Source: Verrucomicrobiota bacterium (GTDB lineage: Bacteria; Verrucomicrobiota; Verrucomicrobiia; Chthoniobacterales; UBA10450). From it: a DNA stretch of 38,427 nucleotides. The notes below the pieces were generated by a model. The model worked only from the letters and a program-made list of their open reading frames with translations, did not search any database and had not been told where the DNA came from. The position numbers and the translations under genes are program-made. The DNA is taken from contig JBKOXU010000130.1 of the NCBI GenBank assembly GCA_046725095.1, forward strand, positions 1 to 38,427, written 5' to 3'. Of this stretch, positions 1 to 9,601 are shown piece by piece. Position 1 is the first letter of the stretch, and every line of letters begins with the position of its first letter.

Positions 1-428
1 TCATCGACCATGTCGACTTTGTTCAGGAACACGACAATCGAAGGCACACCGACCTGCCGCGCGAGCAGAATGTGCTCGCGGGTTTGCGGCATCGGCCCAT
101 CGGCGGCGGAGACAACCAGAATGGCGCCATCCATCTGCGCCGCACCGGTGATCATATTTTTAACGTAGTCGGCGTGACCGGGACAATCCACGTGAGCGTA
201 GTGGCGTTTGTCGCTCGAGTACTCCACGTGCGCAGTGTTGATGGTAATCCCACGCTCCTTTTCCTCGGGAGCGTTGTCGATTGATTCGTATGCCCGTACT
301 TCGGCCATGCCCTTTTTCGCCAGCACCTGCGTAATTGCCGCCGTCAAGGTAGTTTTGCCATGGTCCACGTGACCAATCGTGCCGACGTTCACGTGCGGCT
401 TGTCTCGTTTAAATGCTTCCTTAGCCAT
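1..428 (-). CDS. tuf: Elongation factor Tu, N-terminal ~142 codons; the 3' part runs off the window edge
   Basis: Absent from the ORF track because it is truncated. The reverse complement from ATG at 428-426 reads [32 protein letters not shown]...[26 protein letters not shown]...NKVDMVDD, with G1 (GHVDHGKT), G3 (DCPGH) and G4 (NKVD) GTPase motifs. Confidence 0.95.
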   Translation of the reverse strand, partial: MAKEAFKRDKPHVNVGTIGHVDHGKTTLTAAITQVLAKKGMAEVRAYESIDNAPEEKERGITINTAHVEYSSDKRHYAHVDCPGHADYVKNMITGAAQMDGAILVVSAADGPMPQTREHILLARQVGVPSIVVFLNKVDMVD

Positions 429-511
429 TTGAATTCTCCTGGTTAACTAAACTGTCTCCTTTTCTTTCAATAATGCACTGATCTGCTACCGGTTCCCCGA
501 GCTCATTCTCG

Positions 512-584
<73 letters not shown>

Positions 585-724
585 GGTTCTTCGTCATCTC
601 GCTCCACGCCGCTTTCCGTGGCGTAGCCGAGCGGCGACCCGGTTTCACCTTTCGCCAGAGAGTCAAAAGTCCCACAGCCGCGTCAAATTTGCAATTTGAA
701 CGACCAAGGGACCGCCCCTCCAGC

Positions 725-745
725 AAAAAAGCGTCCGCAACGCTA
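725..745 (-). terminator. Candidate intrinsic terminator (5-bp stem plus T6 on the minus strand)
   Basis: The minus strand reads AGCGT-TGCGG-ACGCT followed by TTTTTTG. It lies ~170 nt downstream of the TPR gene stop, in a 328-nt gene-free gap. Confidence 0.3.
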
Positions 746-887
746 GCCCGGCACGTTGGTGTGTCAAAGAAATTTCTTGGCGGATTATCAATCCAAAATC
801 CGATCAACTGGCACTTTCCTGAAGGGGAACGGGCGCTCCGCGCACGTTGCTATTTGTGCATCGAACGCTTTCGCCGCCATTTTAACA

Positions 888-907
888 TCGAGCGACGGCA
901 CGCTCGA
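888..907 (-). terminator. Hairpin immediately downstream of the TPR gene stop (possible terminator)
   Basis: A 7-bp stem tcgagcg/cgctcga with a 6-nt loop sits 5 nt after the TAG at 915-913. The minus strand continues TGTTAAAATGG, a weak U-tract. Confidence 0.25.
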
Positions 908-912
908 CCCGC

Positions 913-1764
913 CTAGCGAATTCTTCCGCTCGCCGGCTCCTGCTTTCCCCGGGTCAGCAGGCGCACGATCAATGCAATGATAAACAGCACCGCGACCGCA
1001 ATCCCAATATTTAAGGGCGTGAAAAAACTCGGCGGGCTCGGTGTCGGCGTTGGCGTGGCTGTTGGAGGCGGCGCATTTTTCAGCGCCAGCATCGACTGTG
1101 CATATTGCAGGCGCTGGGGCGTTTCGATATCGTTCGGATTTAACCGTAGCGCCTCCTTATAGTCATTAATGGCGTTCTCATACTGCTGCGCCAGGCTATA
1201 GACGTAACCGCGCTTCGCGAAAAGGTCCGCCGTTGCCAGTTTCGCTTGATCGCCCGAGTTGGGATCGCTCTTGGAAAGAACGGTGGTGTAATCCTGGATG
1301 GCTAAATCGTACTGCTTCAAACTCTTGTATGCAGAGGCGCGGAAGCGGAGTGTTTGGGCGTCGTCAGGTTTTAACTCGAGCGCCTTGTTTAGGTCTACCA
1401 GCGCTGCGTCATTCTGATTCTGAGCGACCAGCATTACGCCACGTCCGGAGTAACCGGCATAATCCTTCGGGGCGATTTCAATTGCCTTCGAAAAATCCTC
1501 TATCGCCTCTGGGAACCTATTCAGCTTGTAGTAAGCCCAGCCGCGGTCGTTGTAAATTCGCGCGTCGTTTGGGCTCAATTGGATCGCCTTGGTAAACTCG
1601 GCGATAGCTTCGTCGTATGAACCGGCCTGGACGAGTTTCACTGCCTTGTTGGCATGCTCGACAGCACCGCCACCGGATTTTTTGTTCTGCGCCTGTCCGG
1701 TACCGCTCTGCGCGAAGCAGAGAAGCGCGGCGGCTACGATTATGAGACTGGGATTTCTGGACAT
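913..1764 (-). CDS. Secreted/membrane-anchored tetratricopeptide (TPR) repeat protein
   Basis: I prefer the internal ATG at 1764 (MSRNPSLIIVAAALLCFAQSGTGQAQ, signal-peptide-like, with AGGAGA 8 nt upstream). The body carries several TPR-type repeats, e.g. YDEAIAEFTKAIQLSPNDARIYNDRGWAYYKLNRFPEAIEDFSKAIEIAPKD. A Pro/Thr linker (PPPTATPTPTPSPP) and a C-terminal TM helix follow. Confidence 0.8.
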   Translation of the reverse strand: MSRNPSLIIVAAALLCFAQSGTGQAQNKKSGGGAVEHANKAVKLVQAGSYDEAIAEFTKAIQLSPNDARIYNDRGWAYYKLNRFPEAIEDFSKAIEIAPKDYAGYSGRGVMLVAQNQNDAALVDLNKALELKPDDAQTLRFRASAYKSLKQYDLAIQDYTTVLSKSDPNSGDQAKLATADLFAKRGYVYSLAQQYENAINDYKEALRLNPNDIETPQRLQYAQSMLALKNAPPPTATPTPTPSPPSFFTPLNIGIAVAVLFIIALIVRLLTRGKQEPASGRIR

Positions 1765-1867
1765 AAGAATGTGCTCTCCTGCTTTCCTTCGATTTTGAGC
1801 GACTAATTGTTTGTAGGCGAGCAAATTAACGCGCCAAAAAAGTATTGCAGTGAAGCGAACGAATTCC

Positions 1868-2821
1868 ATGCCGGCAATTGCCAATCCAAGCGGCCGGAGA
1901 AGTCCTTCGGAAGGCTATGCCGCGCTCCTTGCCACCATCGTCATCTGGTCGACGCCATCGCTTTTCATGTACTATCTGAACCGTTATTATGATCCGTGGG
2001 CGCAAAATTTTTATCGATATTTGGTGGCATGCATTGCAATTGCACCCTTGGTAATTTTCCGAATTCAACGCGGCGGCCCGCGATTCGATTGGCATGCTGT
2101 GATGATGTGTTTCCTTCCATGCTTGCCGAACGTCGTCCACCAAGTCACCCAAGTGATGGCGCTCTTTTACATGGGGCCAGGCGTCTATACGATTTTCACC
2201 CGTGCCTCGGTGATTTTCACCGCGCTGCTCGCGTTGGCATTTTTCCCTGAGGAACGTCACGTGATCCGTCAATGGCAGTTTCAGGCTGGCACGGCCCTTG
2301 GTTTAATTGGCGCTTTTGGCGTTGTCTGGTTTCAGCCGGGATGGGAGACTGGGCATCTTGCTCTTCCCGGGTTGTTAATCGCATTTACCGCCACATTTTG
2401 TTGGGCGCTTTATGGAATTTTAGTGAAGCGCCCTTCCGCCCAGCTTGGCTCAATTCGCAGTTTCGGATTAATCAGTTTGATCACTTCCGCCCTTTTGCTT
2501 CCGTTCACACTCGTATTTGGAAAAATTGGCACTCCGTTTCACACAGATGTGCACGTCAATCTGATTTTGATCATTTCGGCAGTAAGCTGCATTACCCTGG
2601 CACACGTCTTGTACTATGTAGCCATCCGAGAGATCGGTGTCGCGCTGGCCCAAACACTTCAGCTCCTTTGTCCAGCGGGCGCAATGGCGCTCTCCGCCTG
2701 GATCTACGGTGAACGCCTCAGTCACGCTCAGATATGGAGTGCGGTTATCCTGCTCCTAGGCGCTTTCCTTGCGATGCGCATCAAACCGATCGCAACAACG
2801 GAAGCCGCCGAAAATATTTAG
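1868..2821 (+). CDS. EamA/DMT-superfamily transporter
   Basis: About 10 hydrophobic helices in two halves give an EamA-like pattern. ATG at 1868 is preferred; GTG at 1850 is an alternative. It is divergent from the TPR gene. Confidence 0.7.
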   Translation: MPAIANPSGRRSPSEGYAALLATIVIWSTPSLFMYYLNRYYDPWAQNFYRYLVACIAIAPLVIFRIQRGGPRFDWHAVMMCFLPCLPNVVHQVTQVMALFYMGPGVYTIFTRASVIFTALLALAFFPEERHVIRQWQFQAGTALGLIGAFGVVWFQPGWETGHLALPGLLIAFTATFCWALYGILVKRPSAQLGSIRSFGLISLITSALLLPFTLVFGKIGTPFHTDVHVNLILIISAVSCITLAHVLYYVAIREIGVALAQTLQLLCPAGAMALSAWIYGERLSHAQIWSAVILLLGAFLAMRIKPIATTEAAENI

Positions 2822-2956
2822 CACACTGTCTGCCGTTGCAGGGCAACCGCTCCCCTTCGCCGACCTTCGACAGGAGCGGTTCCGAAAACAGTCAAGATCG
2901 TTCGAAAAATAATGCGGCGTTCATGGAGGACCGCTACAATCGACATCCAGATCGAA

Positions 2957-3841
2957 ATGAATCTGAAAGCGTATCTCAGATCCCGGCAGAAAGAGATCGA
3001 CCACGCGCTTGATCGCTATTTGCCGAAAGCGAACACCAAACCAAAAACACTTCACAAGGCGATGCGCTACAGCCTTTTCGCCGGCGGCAAACGATTGCGA
3101 CCCATTCTTTGCCTCGCGACCGCTGAAGCTTGCGGGGGGAAAATGAGGGACGCCCTTCCCTTCGCCTGCTCGCTGGAATGCATCCACACTTACTCGCTAG
3201 TGCACGATGATCTCCCGAGTATGGATGACGATGATTTCCGGCGGGGGCGTCCTACTTGTCACAAAGTCTTCGGCGACGGCATCGCCGTGCTCGCTGGAGA
3301 CGCGCTGTTGACAATCGCGTTTGAAATTGTTTCGACGGCAAAGCCGACGCCACGCTATGACATGTCGATCTTATTGCGGGAGATCGCAGTCGCGGCGGGA
3401 AGTCAAAAGCTGATTGCCGGCCAGGTTGCGGATCTCGAAGCCGAGGGCAGGAACGTCAAGCGAGACCAACTGCGCTATATCCATGAAAACAAAACGGCAG
3501 CGATATTGAGCACCTCGGTGCGACTCGGCGCAATGAGCGCCAACGCGGACGCCAGGAAGCTCCGGGCCGTCACCCGCTTTGGGCACGGACTCGGGCTGGC
3601 CTTCCAGGTAATCGACGATATTCTCGATGTAACGCAGACCTCGGAGATACTGGGAAAAAGCGCCGGGAAAGATATCGCAGCGAAGAAAGCGACGTATCCC
3701 TCAGTAATTGGTCTGGAGAAATCGCGCGCCGAAGCGAGGCGGCTCACGCGCCGGGCGCACAATGTGTTGTCAGTTTTCCGCAGCGACGAAGCCAAACCGC
3801 TGCATTGCCTCGCAAATTATCTTCTCGAACGGGAGTACTAG
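2957..3841 (+). CDS. ispA: Polyprenyl (farnesyl/geranylgeranyl) diphosphate synthase
   Basis: The first and second Asp-rich motifs are present: LVHDDLPSMDDDDFRRGRPTCH and FQVIDDILD. I prefer the start MNLKAYL at 2957; the ORF track starts at 2912. Confidence 0.9.
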   Translation: MNLKAYLRSRQKEIDHALDRYLPKANTKPKTLHKAMRYSLFAGGKRLRPILCLATAEACGGKMRDALPFACSLECIHTYSLVHDDLPSMDDDDFRRGRPTCHKVFGDGIAVLAGDALLTIAFEIVSTAKPTPRYDMSILLREIAVAAGSQKLIAGQVADLEAEGRNVKRDQLRYIHENKTAAILSTSVRLGAMSANADARKLRAVTRFGHGLGLAFQVIDDILDVTQTSEILGKSAGKDIAAKKATYPSVIGLEKSRAEARRLTRRAHNVLSVFRSDEAKPLHCLANYLLEREY

Positions 3842-3920
3842 GGCGCGCTTCCAGCATGCTCTTTTCGGCATCCCTGCCAAAAGAGACGCGTAGATGCATT
3901 CGGCAAGATTGGGTGTGCCC

Positions 3921-4955
3921 TCAAGCCACTTTCAGGTTGGGATCAATCTCTTCTGTCAGTTTCGATTCGAATCCGACTTCCAGCCGTAACGATCCGGCAA
4001 ATGCGATCATCGCCGCATTATCGGTGCACAACCAAGTCTCGGCGCTTTTGAATTCAACTCTTTCGCGCGCACATGCCTCAGCCAATTGTCGGCGCAGTTC
4101 ACGGTTGCAACTTACTCCCCCACTTATCGTAACAAGATCAACCTCGCATTTCTGAGCCGCGGCGATTGTTTTGCGAACCAGCACTTCGACAACAGCCTGT
4201 TGAAATGACGCGCAAAGATCAGCGAGAAAATCTCCGCGCAATTTCGGCAATAAGTATCGGACCGCTGTTTTTAATCCGCTGAAGCTGAAGTTTTCCGACT
4301 CAAGCATACTGCGGGGCAGTTGAAATCGATTCGAATCACCCTCGCCCGCACGTTTTTCGATTTCCGGGCCGCCGGGGTAACCGAGCCCGAGCATCTTGGC
4401 GACCTTATCGAATGCCTCGCCGGCAGCATCATCGACTGTGCATCCGATCAACTGGTAATCAGCAAGGCCTCCCACCCGCACCAGCATCGTGTGACCACCG
4501 CTCACGATCAGCGAAACGTTGGGCTTCACGTCGCCGCCGCCGAAAAAAGGCGAAAGCAGATGCCCTTCGAGGTGATTGATCGCGAGATACGGCTTGCCGA
4601 AGCCAATTGCCAATCCTTTGGCAACTGAGGCGCCGATCATGAGCGAACCTGCCAGACCGGGTCCGCTGGTTGCCGCAAATGCATCGACCTCCGACATCTC
4701 GATCTTCGCGTCGCGTGTCGCCCGTTCGAGAAGTCCTGGCGTGTGCACGAGATGATTGCGCGAAGCGATTTCGGGCACTATTCCGCCATATTTTTCATGC
4801 TCGGCGATTTGTGACGCTACTTCGCTGGCCAACAGTTGGTGGCCGCGCAAAATTGCGATCGCGGTTTCATCGCAGGATGTCTCGAGGGCGAGGATCGTTT
4901 TCAAGCTGAAGCGGCGATTGTGCCAACCACCGAGGCGAAGAAAGGCGCTTGGCAC
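3921..4955 (-). CDS. tsaD: tRNA N6-adenosine threonylcarbamoyltransferase (Kae1/TsaD family)
   Basis: Family motifs are ILALETSCDETAIAIL, AINHLEGH and LIVSGGHT...VDDAAGEAFDKVAKMLGLGYPGGP. The true start may be TTG at 4904, giving M-KTILALETSCDET, rather than ATG at 4955. Confidence 0.9.
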   Translation of the reverse strand: MPSAFLRLGGWHNRRFSLKTILALETSCDETAIAILRGHQLLASEVASQIAEHEKYGGIVPEIASRNHLVHTPGLLERATRDAKIEMSEVDAFAATSGPGLAGSLMIGASVAKGLAIGFGKPYLAINHLEGHLLSPFFGGGDVKPNVSLIVSGGHTMLVRVGGLADYQLIGCTVDDAAGEAFDKVAKMLGLGYPGGPEIEKRAGEGDSNRFQLPRSMLESENFSFSGLKTAVRYLLPKLRGDFLADLCASFQQAVVEVLVRKTIAAAQKCEVDLVTISGGVSCNRELRRQLAEACARERVEFKSAETWLCTDNAAMIAFAGSLRLEVGFESKLTEEIDPNLKVA

Positions 4956-4969
4956 AAGCGCCTCTACAG

Positions 4970-6268
4970 TTATTTCTTTACCGCTTCGGCTTTCGGCGCG
5001 CTCTGCTGCGCGTAAATCATGAGTCCCTTCAGCGCGTCAATTGCGCGCAGCATCTGCGGATCTTTGGTCTTGATGATATTTTTCTCGTCCTCGGATTTCA
5101 CATTCTCCGCGTTGCGCAGCGCAAAGAGCGCGCGCTCCTGTTCTGCGGTCATGGCAACGCGAATATTGGGAGTCACACCATTTCCCTGAATGACCTGCCT
5201 GCCTGGCGTATAGTATTTAGCCGTCGTAAAACGCACCGCGGAGCCGTCCGGCATTTGCATGACGTTCTGCACAGAACCTTTTCCAAAAGTAGTTTCACCG
5301 ACAAGAATAGCGCGATGCAGATCCTTGAGCGCGCCGGCAACGATCTCGGCGCCACTCGCGCTGCCCTCATTAATCAAGAGAGCCATTGGAAAGTTCGGGC
5401 GATCCTTTTTTGCTCCGGAAGTTGAGTAATCATGCTGTTGGGAGGCCATTCTGCCCTGTGTTGAGACTACCTTTGACCTAGGCGGCAAAAATTGCGCGCA
5501 CACGTCCACCGCGCTATTCAATAATCCGCCCGGGTTGTTTCGCAGATCGAGAATAAGCGCCTGCATCCCTGCCTTTTGCAATTCGTCGAGCGACTTCGAT
5601 AATTCCTCCGCCGTCGGTTCATTGAACTGAAGCAACCGGATATAACCGATCCTAAATGGGCCGGTCAGCTCCTCGTCCAGCAGTCTCGCTCCTTTGACAC
5701 TGCGCACCTTGATCTCCGCGCGATCCAGCGTGTAATCTTTGATTTCCTTGGTCGATGGGCGAAGAAGGGTGAGCGTCACTCTGTGCCCAGCTGGTCCGCG
5801 TAAGATGTTAATGGCATCCTGGAGGTCCATTCTTTCCGTCGAAGCACCGTTTATCTTCAAAATCTGATCGCCCGACAAAATGCCCGCTCTTGCCGCAGGC
5901 GTGTCCTCCATCGCAGTAACGACTGTAGGCAAACCGTTTTTCATCGAAACCTCTATGCCAAGGCCGTTAAAACGGCTGCGCGTGTCCTCCTGCATGTCGC
6001 GGAAATCATCCGGATTCATGAACTGGCTGTGTGGATCAAGAGAGGAAAGCATGCCTTTCATCGCTGCTGTGATGAGGTCGTGGTAGCTCGTCTTGCTGCC
6101 GTCCACGTAATCCTGTCGAATCAGTTCGATGGCTTTTGCGAAAATGGAAATTTGCGAGTAACCGTTATCCTCTTCGTTCTTTCCTTGCTGCGCCTCTTGC
6201 GCGCGGAGGCCGGAAAGAACGCCGAGCGGCAGGCAAGCTAACGACAGCATGACAACCAGGCGTCTCAT
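4970..6268 (-). CDS. ctp: Carboxy-terminal processing peptidase, S41 family, with PDZ domain
   Basis: The protein has a signal peptide (MRRLVVMLSLACLPLGVLSG), a PDZ-like segment (GLGIEV...AARAGILSGDQILKINGAS), LDLRNNPGGLL, and the Ser/Lys dyad context GSASGAEIVAGAL...TFGKGSVQ. I prefer the start at 6268. Confidence 0.9.
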   Translation of the reverse strand: MRRLVVMLSLACLPLGVLSGLRAQEAQQGKNEEDNGYSQISIFAKAIELIRQDYVDGSKTSYHDLITAAMKGMLSSLDPHSQFMNPDDFRDMQEDTRSRFNGLGIEVSMKNGLPTVVTAMEDTPAARAGILSGDQILKINGASTERMDLQDAINILRGPAGHRVTLTLLRPSTKEIKDYTLDRAEIKVRSVKGARLLDEELTGPFRIGYIRLLQFNEPTAEELSKSLDELQKAGMQALILDLRNNPGGLLNSAVDVCAQFLPPRSKVVSTQGRMASQQHDYSTSGAKKDRPNFPMALLINEGSASGAEIVAGALKDLHRAILVGETTFGKGSVQNVMQMPDGSAVRFTTAKYYTPGRQVIQGNGVTPNIRVAMTAEQERALFALRNAENVKSEDEKNIIKTKDPQMLRAIDALKGLMIYAQQSAPKAEAVKK

Positions 6269-6351
6269 ATTTCGAACCAATACTGAAAGGAACTGCACCA
6301 TCGCTCATTCAGAATTTTTGGCAACGCGCAATGCCTGTAACCGCTGTTAGT

Positions 6352-8115
6352 ATGAAGATTTTCCTCCGCCTGTTGGTGCTTGCTCTTTTCGTGCCTTGGG
6401 CCAGCAGCTTCGCCGCGCAATCTGCCGATGCCGATTACGAAGCGGTGGCCGAGGAATATATCAAGGGTTACTTCGCCGCTCGCCCGCTTCAGGGAACCGC
6501 CATCGGGCTTCACGAATACGACGGCAAAATCACCGATTACAGCCGCCTGGCCTTGGACGCCGAGCTTTCTCGGCTACGGCGGTTCGATGATCGATTGAAC
6601 AAATTCGACCCAACCAAATTGAGTCAACGCCAATCGATCGATCTGCGAATTCTGCAGGCCGCAGTGAAGAAGGACCTCTTTGAAATGCAGGAGATGTCGA
6701 TCTTCGAGCGAAATCCCATGGCCTACGCGCAAGCTGCCGATGTGAATGTTTACATCAAGAGGAATTTCGCGCCGCTTGAGGATCGGGTTCGCAGCCTGGT
6801 CGCCATCGAATCGCAAATCCCCAATATCCTGATCGCGGCGAGGACAAACCTGAATGAGGTCGTTCCCAAACCCTATGTGGAGCTCGCCATTCAGATCGCA
6901 AAAGGTTCAGCGGATTTTCTGAAAAAAGATCTCGTTGCCGCTATCGGCAGCCTGAAGGACGAACAGCTTCGCGTCGCCTTTCACGAAGCCAATCGCAAAG
7001 CCGCAAATGCGCTCAACGATTATGCTGCGTGGTTGGAACGTGTAAAACTTCCGAAAGCATCGCTCGATTTTGCTCTGGGCGAGGAGAAATTCAGGCGCTT
7101 CCTGGTCCAAACCGAGCTGGTCGATCTTCCATCGCAAAAAATCCTCGAGATCGGTTTGGCGCAACTAAAGGCGGAACAGGAAGCGTTTGCTGAAGTGGCA
7201 AAAAAAATCGACCCAGACAAATCGCCAATTGAGGTTTTCAAGCAAATCCAAAGCGAGCATCCAACTCCGGAAAATCTCATCGCCGATGTCGCCAAAGACC
7301 TGGACAAAATTCGCAAATACGCCTTGAGCCATCGTTTGGTCAGCATCCCGTCGGACGTTCGAGCGAAAGTGAAAGAAACACCGCAATATCTGCGCGCCAC
7401 CTCCTTCGCCTCAATGGACACGCCCGGCCCCTTCGAGAAGCGCGCAACCGAGGCCTATTATTATGTCACACCTACGGAGAACGATTGGCCGGAGAAACAA
7501 AAGCAGGAATGGCTGACCGCCTTCAATTATTACACCTCGGACATCACCTCGATTCACGAAGCTTACCCCGGCCATTATGTGCAATTCCTGCACCTGACCG
7601 CGTCGCCCGCGAGCAAGGTTGAAAAGATTTTCGGCAGCTATGCCTTCGTTGAAGGTTGGGCGCATTACTGCGAAAAAATGATGGTCGATGAAGGTTACGG
7701 CAGCTCGACGGCTGAAACCCCCAGCGAGGAGGATGCGAAATGCGCGGCTAAGTACCGAATGGCGCAAGCCGATGAAGCGCTCCTGCGGTTATGCCGATTA
7801 TGTGTTTCGATCAAAATGCACACGCAAAACATGTCGATCGAAGAAGCGACGAAGTTTTTCCAGGACAATTGTTACTACGAGGAAAAACCAGCGCGCCAGG
7901 AAGCAATGCGCGGCACGTTCGATCCCGGTTACCTCAATTACACGCTTGGAAAATTGGAAATCCTGAAATTGCGGGACGATTACAAAGCGCAGCAGGGCGA
8001 CGACTTCTCATTGCAAAAGTTCCATAATGAGCTGCTCAATCACGGCATGCCGCAGATTCGTTTGCTTCGCGAAATCATGCTTAAGAATCAGTCGAAATGG
8101 AACGAAGTGCTGTGA
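6352..8115 (+). CDS. DUF885-family protein (secreted, putative metallopeptidase-like)
   Basis: It has a signal peptide (MKIFLRLLVLALFVPWASSFAAQ). Its length and the HEAYPGHYVQ motif are characteristic of DUF885. It is divergent from ctp. Confidence 0.7.
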   Translation: MKIFLRLLVLALFVPWASSFAAQSADADYEAVAEEYIKGYFAARPLQGTAIGLHEYDGKITDYSRLALDAELSRLRRFDDRLNKFDPTKLSQRQSIDLRILQAAVKKDLFEMQEMSIFERNPMAYAQAADVNVYIKRNFAPLEDRVRSLVAIESQIPNILIAARTNLNEVVPKPYVELAIQIAKGSADFLKKDLVAAIGSLKDEQLRVAFHEANRKAANALNDYAAWLERVKLPKASLDFALGEEKFRRFLVQTELVDLPSQKILEIGLAQLKAEQEAFAEVAKKIDPDKSPIEVFKQIQSEHPTPENLIADVAKDLDKIRKYALSHRLVSIPSDVRAKVKETPQYLRATSFASMDTPGPFEKRATEAYYYVTPTENDWPEKQKQEWLTAFNYYTSDITSIHEAYPGHYVQFLHLTASPASKVEKIFGSYAFVEGWAHYCEKMMVDEGYGSSTAETPSEEDAKCAAKYRMAQADEALLRLCRLCVSIKMHTQNMSIEEATKFFQDNCYYEEKPARQEAMRGTFDPGYLNYTLGKLEILKLRDDYKAQQGDDFSLQKFHNELLNHGMPQIRLLREIMLKNQSKWNEVL

Positions 8116-8299
8116 TACCTCGAGCCTTAACCACAGAGATTCGCGGGCACGCCTCCTCCATTTGAATCTCGGCCTCCCCGCTCCCGCGCAGGCGCTGCCT
8201 GGGTTTCAAGCAATGCCGCGCCCGGTGGCAAAAATCTCGACTTCGGGAACCAAATGTGAGCCAAATGGCGTCCATGGCAGGAACTAGCGTCGATATCCC

Positions 8300-9502
8300 T
8301 TAATCGGCCAGGCCGTCATCATTTTCATCTGGCAATAGGTCCTTCAGCATCGGCTGCGGATTCGACGGCAATTCTTCCACGTCGCGCAATTTTCTTGTGA
8401 TCGCGCGGGAACGAACATCGACATCTTCAATTTTCCGTGAGGCCTGATCGATTTTCTCCTTCACCGACGACAACGCTTCGCCGAACTTTCCGAATTCGGT
8501 TTTTACCGCTGCCAGCAAATTCCAGACTTCGCTCGAACGTTTTTGAATCGCAAGCGTGCGAAAACCCATTTGCAAACTATTGAGCAACGCGGCCAGCGTA
8601 GTCGGTCCCACGAAACTGACCCGGCAATCGCGCTGCACATTTTGGACCAGACCGATGCGACGAATCGCTTCCGCGTAAAGTCCTTCGCTCGGCAGAAACA
8701 TGAGCGCAAAATCGGTTGTCTTCGGCGGGTTGATGTACTTGTCGCAAATATCCTTTGCGCACCGTTTCAACTGCGTCTCCAAAGTTTTGATCGCCGCTTC
8801 TACCGCTGCGAGATCACCATCTTCCTGCGCGGCTGTAAGACGCTCGTAGTGTTGCATCGGAAATTTCGCGTCGATCGGCAACCAGACCGGCGCGCCGTTC
8901 TCATCGCCGGGTAATTTAATCGCGAACTCGACGCGCTCATCGGTGTCGTCGCGCGTCTTCATGTTTTTCGCGAACTGCTCTGGCGTCAGCATCTCTTCCA
9001 AGAGAACGCCAAGCTGCCATTCGCTCCAGGCCCCGCGAGTTTTCACGTTTGTGAGTAGACGCTGCAATCCCCCGACGTCGCTGGCTAATTGCTGCATCGC
9101 ACCCAGACCCTGGTGCACCTGTTCAAGCCGGTCGCTCACCAATTTGAATGCTTTGCCCAGCCGTTCCTCCAGTGTGCCTTGCAATTTCTCATCGACGGTC
9201 GCGCGCATCTTGTCGATCTGCTTCGCGTTGTCCTCTTGCAATTGCCTCAGCCGAAGATCGACAATCGAACGCACGCTTTCGAGCGACTTAGTCAACTCTT
9301 CGCGTTGATTCTTCGCCGCTGCGCTTGCTTCGTCGCGATTGCGTGAAAATTCATCGCGCAACCCGCGATCGATCGTGTCCAATCGTTTCACCAGTTCCGC
9401 TTCCACATCCCCACCGGTTCCACGCCGTGCCACCAGAACGATGAGTGCAACGATAAGTCCGCCGCCGATCAACCCGATCACGAGATAAAGCAGCGGACTC
9501 AT
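8300..9502 (-). CDS. rmuC: DNA recombination protein RmuC
   Basis: An N-terminal TM helix is followed by a long coiled coil, then an RmuC-type nuclease-like C-terminus (VWLPIDAKFP...KYINPPKTTDFALMFLPSEGLYAEA). Confidence 0.85.
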   Translation of the reverse strand: MSPLLYLVIGLIGGGLIVALIVLVARRGTGGDVEAELVKRLDTIDRGLRDEFSRNRDEASAAAKNQREELTKSLESVRSIVDLRLRQLQEDNAKQIDKMRATVDEKLQGTLEERLGKAFKLVSDRLEQVHQGLGAMQQLASDVGGLQRLLTNVKTRGAWSEWQLGVLLEEMLTPEQFAKNMKTRDDTDERVEFAIKLPGDENGAPVWLPIDAKFPMQHYERLTAAQEDGDLAAVEAAIKTLETQLKRCAKDICDKYINPPKTTDFALMFLPSEGLYAEAIRRIGLVQNVQRDCRVSFVGPTTLAALLNSLQMGFRTLAIQKRSSEVWNLLAAVKTEFGKFGEALSSVKEKIDQASRKIEDVDVRSRAITRKLRDVEELPSNPQPMLKDLLPDENDDGLAD

Positions 9503-9520
9503 ACTGCGTGATTAAACGAT

Positions 9521-9552
9521 GCCGGGCGGAATTCAAGTTGTAGCCGCCCGGC
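9521..9552. repeat. GC-rich perfect 9-bp hairpin with GTAG in the loop (REP-like or proC terminator)
   Basis: The sequence is gccgggcgg-aattcaagttgtag-ccgcccggc, between the proC stop and the rmuC start. The arm sequence resembles the gcccggcgg arm of the 36457-36479 hairpin. Confidence 0.45.
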
Positions 9553-9601
9553 GGTATTTTCTGCGGTCGTTCGCCGTGATTTTTCTGTTTCGAGCCTGCG
9601 C

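Noticed and set aside
809-826. TGGCAC motif suggestive of a sigma-54 -24 element
   Set aside because: The required -12 TTGC(A/T) at the correct spacing is absent (the sequence is TGGCACTTTCCTGAAGG), and no plausible downstream gene lies on that strand.
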